From Trichosphaerium sp. ATCC 40318 (lineage: Eukaryota > Protista > Tubulinea): a stretch of DNA of 64,000 nucleotides. Position numbers and translations under genes: made by a program. The notes under the pieces were generated by a model. That model was given only the letters and a program-made list of their open reading frames with translations. It searched no databases and was not told the DNA's origin. Below are positions 60,937 to 64,000 of the stretch, piece by piece. The stretch covers positions 1 through 64,000 of the forward strand of contig JALMLS010000414.1 in assembly GCA_038496445.1 (NCBI GenBank). The letters are read 5' to 3'. Positions within the stretch are counted from its first letter, which is position 1. Each line of letters starts with the position of its first letter.

Positions 60937-61155
60937 GCTGAGTTTGAATCACTTTTTTTGTATTGGAGTTTATTGTGTTATTCACTGAAATGTTGACCGC
61001 TATTTACTGTGACAAATACCCTATGTACCTACAACGCAAATATCTTCCAGTATGACACATAGCGAACTTGTAAAATATGCAGATGTCAGAAACAGGACAA
61101 TCGAAAACATTTTTGAACAAAATCAATAAGTAAAGGTTTATTTTCCTTTAATATT

Positions 61156-64000
61156 TTAAGGATCCCAGACAGCTACAGAACGGCCACTTGTTGTAACATA
61201 TACTCTTCCTACATGTATAGGATCAACACCAATACCTGATGTACTCGCAATATGAAAGTTGTCACTTGTCAAACGCTGCCATGTCGATCCTGCGTTTCCA
61301 GAGTAATAAATGCTAAATCCTTCTTTATCTTCCGGACCTTACAATTCACAAATTAAACCACGTGGCTTAACAACTTTAACAAAAATCAATGTACCTTGAG
61401 CATAGATAGCAACTCTACCATCATACACTGACACTGGTGAAGCAAGAGCGTTACCAGGAATAGCTAGAACACAAGGTTAGAGACATACAACAAAAAACAA
61501 AGGTACCTGGATTTGTTACTGAGAAGTCGCCAACAGTGTTCCTACATTAGATTTAACTCTGTAGCTAATACACTATAAATAGAACCATACCAGGTTTCAC
61601 CGCTATCTGTTGAATGCCATAGAGCCTTGCCAGCGTATTTTGAAGTGTTGGTATACATTAATGCCCAAAGATGTCCAGAGCGTGCTTGATCTGAAGCTAA
61701 CCCTCCATATAAGCTTGGGAATACTCCAACTACTTTATCATTTCGTTTAAAAGTATCACCACCATCTGTTGAAGTCCAGAATCCAGAACCGAATCCCATA
61801 ATGTAATACTTGAGGTCCACTTTCGGATCTGAAAGAAAACAATTAAAAAACAAACAAGGGACAATATTACAAGTGTGACATTGATATTGCCAACGCACTT
61901 AAGTTACAATTTTTGGTTCAACAATAAAGATGTAAATTTACTTTCAATGGTATGCGGTAGTGACAGTTGCAAAAACGGACTGTTTGGGAAAGTGTAATTA
62001 AAACGTGATGTCATAAAAAGTCTCGGAATTCCCCAAAAAAAAAAAGGCGGTACCGCGTGTCATTAAGTGCCATTCAACATATTCATTACCAGCAAAATAC
62101 TCCCAGAATCCTTTAGCAACACTATACCAGCTCTTACCGCCATCTTTTGTTCTCCAAATACCTCCAATATCTTTAACAAGAAAGTCGTTTGGATTATTCA
62201 ATGAACCAACACAATCAATAAAGTTCCATCCTTTCATTGTCTGGTTCATAGGTTCCTCAGACTGAAATAATCGTTCCCATGTCTAGAAAATATCGTTTAG
62301 AATACAATAGTAGCAAACAAGAAAAGATAAATAAGCAAACCTCTCCAGCGTCATGTGAAGTTGCAAGCCATCCTTCACCATACAAGACATTTCCAATAAC
62401 AACATAAGTGTCATTCCAAAACATTGCTCTATGAGCTTCTCCTAGTCCATACCTTCATAGGAATTAAACAACATCAGCTACAGTACAAAGAACACAGCTA
62501 TAGGGCCGGAAAGTGCAATATGGTGATGAGAGAACGTACAACAAAGGCGGATTTGTTAATTGTCTTCTCATATTTATATCAATCTTTTCTTTCGTTCCAA
62601 AAAACCCTGCTAAATCCATAGACCCAAAATAAGCCAAATCACGATTAGGATGAAAATCTACCGTGAACATAACAACCTTAATATTGTAGATGAGAATGAG
62701 ATACAGAAAAAAAATAATACCTCGCCAACTCCGTTGGTCAAAAATTGCCATGTGTTGCCTTCGTCTGTACTCTCCATTGGTCCAAATCCGGTTCCCATAA
62801 TCCAATGGTTTGGATTTTTTGGATCTTGTACCTCAAAGAAACAAGTTAACAAGTCAATGCAAGCACCAGAACTGTAAGTAAAACACAACTGAATAGACAA
62901 GAACAAAAGTGTTTGTCATCAGTTACTGGTAGCACGATGTCATCCACAGTATGTTTAAATAGACTCACCATTGTATTTCTACCAAATGGTGGCGTTGTTT
63001 CAGTTGGCTGACGCCATATTGGCTCAGTTCCTGTGACATCCATCTTAGAGTATGTGTAAGTTTCGCCTTTGTCATTTGAAACGCCAAGAGAGTTTTCTCT
63101 GCATCAACAGTCGTTACCTTAACTTAGTATACATATGTACTTAAAGCATACCCATTCGCTGTAGCATATACCAAAGACCCATTGTTCAAAAAAGTTAACA
63201 TGGATGGACCACCATTGGAATGTTTGAAATTCTTCGATATTTCTTCGTATTGATAAGTTGCTACAGAAAAAGAGTTAAGTTACTTGACATCCGAATCAGT
63301 AGCAAGTTTAAACGTACAAATATCTCCCCAATTACTTGAAGTTACTCGGTAGTAACAAGGGTTAGTTTTTGATCCATCCTTAATGGACCCAATAAAGAAA
63401 GTCGTTCCATCTTCCATTCTTATAATTCTTCGTACACTCGCCAGCTCAACGCCACCTCCAACGTCCAATACTGACCATGAATCACCGTTATCAATTGATA
63501 AAAATAGAGCAGGCATGTATCCGCCTACCCAAATATGACCAGAGAACTTAGGATTGGCATGCACATGCACAGAACCGATTGCAGTAATGTTACTAAAAGT
63601 TTTAGGTGAAATCGCTTTCCATGTACTTCCAGCGTCAGTGGACTTGTACAAACCATCTCTAGAACCAGCCCATATATTCTTATTATTGTTTGGGTCTATA
63701 ATTATACATTCACCTCCAGTTCTAACCTTGTCATTGCCTAAAACAGGTTTTAATTTTAAACCTTAAATAAAACAAGTACCCGCAAAGCTTGCCGCTAGTA
63801 CGCGCGTGAAAGACTTTCCACCATCTGTGGTTTTCCATACACCTTGACCTTTATCTGTTGCACTTTTATACTCCCCTAGAGCAAAGTATGCCTAAAATAA
63901 CGCTGTCAAAATAAACAAACTTAAAATGAAAAAAAAGTTCCAAAAACTTTTCAAAACAAAAAAAAACCGATTAGAGACTCCCGTTGGTGTACCGTATCTG
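61156..64000 (-). CDS. GH74 xyloglucanase-like BNR/Asp-box beta-propeller protein, 3' part (continues beyond window)
   Basis: Many S/T-x-D-x-G-x-T/S-W boxes; IMGTGFG, LTNGVGE, FGSMDLAGF (resembles the GH74 second catalytic Asp motif), C-terminal GRVYVTTSGRSV. Confidence 0.7.

Noticed and set aside
1-64000. CRISPR arrays, tRNA/rRNA/snRNA genes, alternative genetic code
   Set aside because: No repeat-spacer array or recognisable structured RNA was seen; conserved genes translate and terminate normally with TAA, TAG and TGA

Overview
Eukaryotic, AT-rich (about 35% GC by eye), gene-dense DNA with many short spliceosomal introns (donor mostly GTACGT/GTAAGT), read in the standard genetic code. A STAT-like SH2 protein, a C2-arrestin, a TKL kinase and a Rac-type GTPase suggest an amoebozoan-like protist (inference). 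Housekeeping and signalling genes (Rho GTPase, DLST, mitochondrial RRF, p24, carnitine acyltransferase, CAMK, STAT-like) are interleaved with accessory DNA. That DNA holds about nine F-box-like genes or relics, including three near-identical intronless paralogues with hypervariable patches and F-box+MORN-repeat genes. It also holds an inverted segmental duplication, one arm of which is hit by two TIR elements: an intact DD35D pogo-like transposon with an apparent 3-bp ATT target duplication, and a 1.2-kb non-autonomous element. Several secreted lectin or carbohydrate-active genes are present. Window-wide signals are strong CACGTG over-representation, CpG loss in repeats and several GC-AG introns. 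All exon structures and counts were done by eye, with no database searches.
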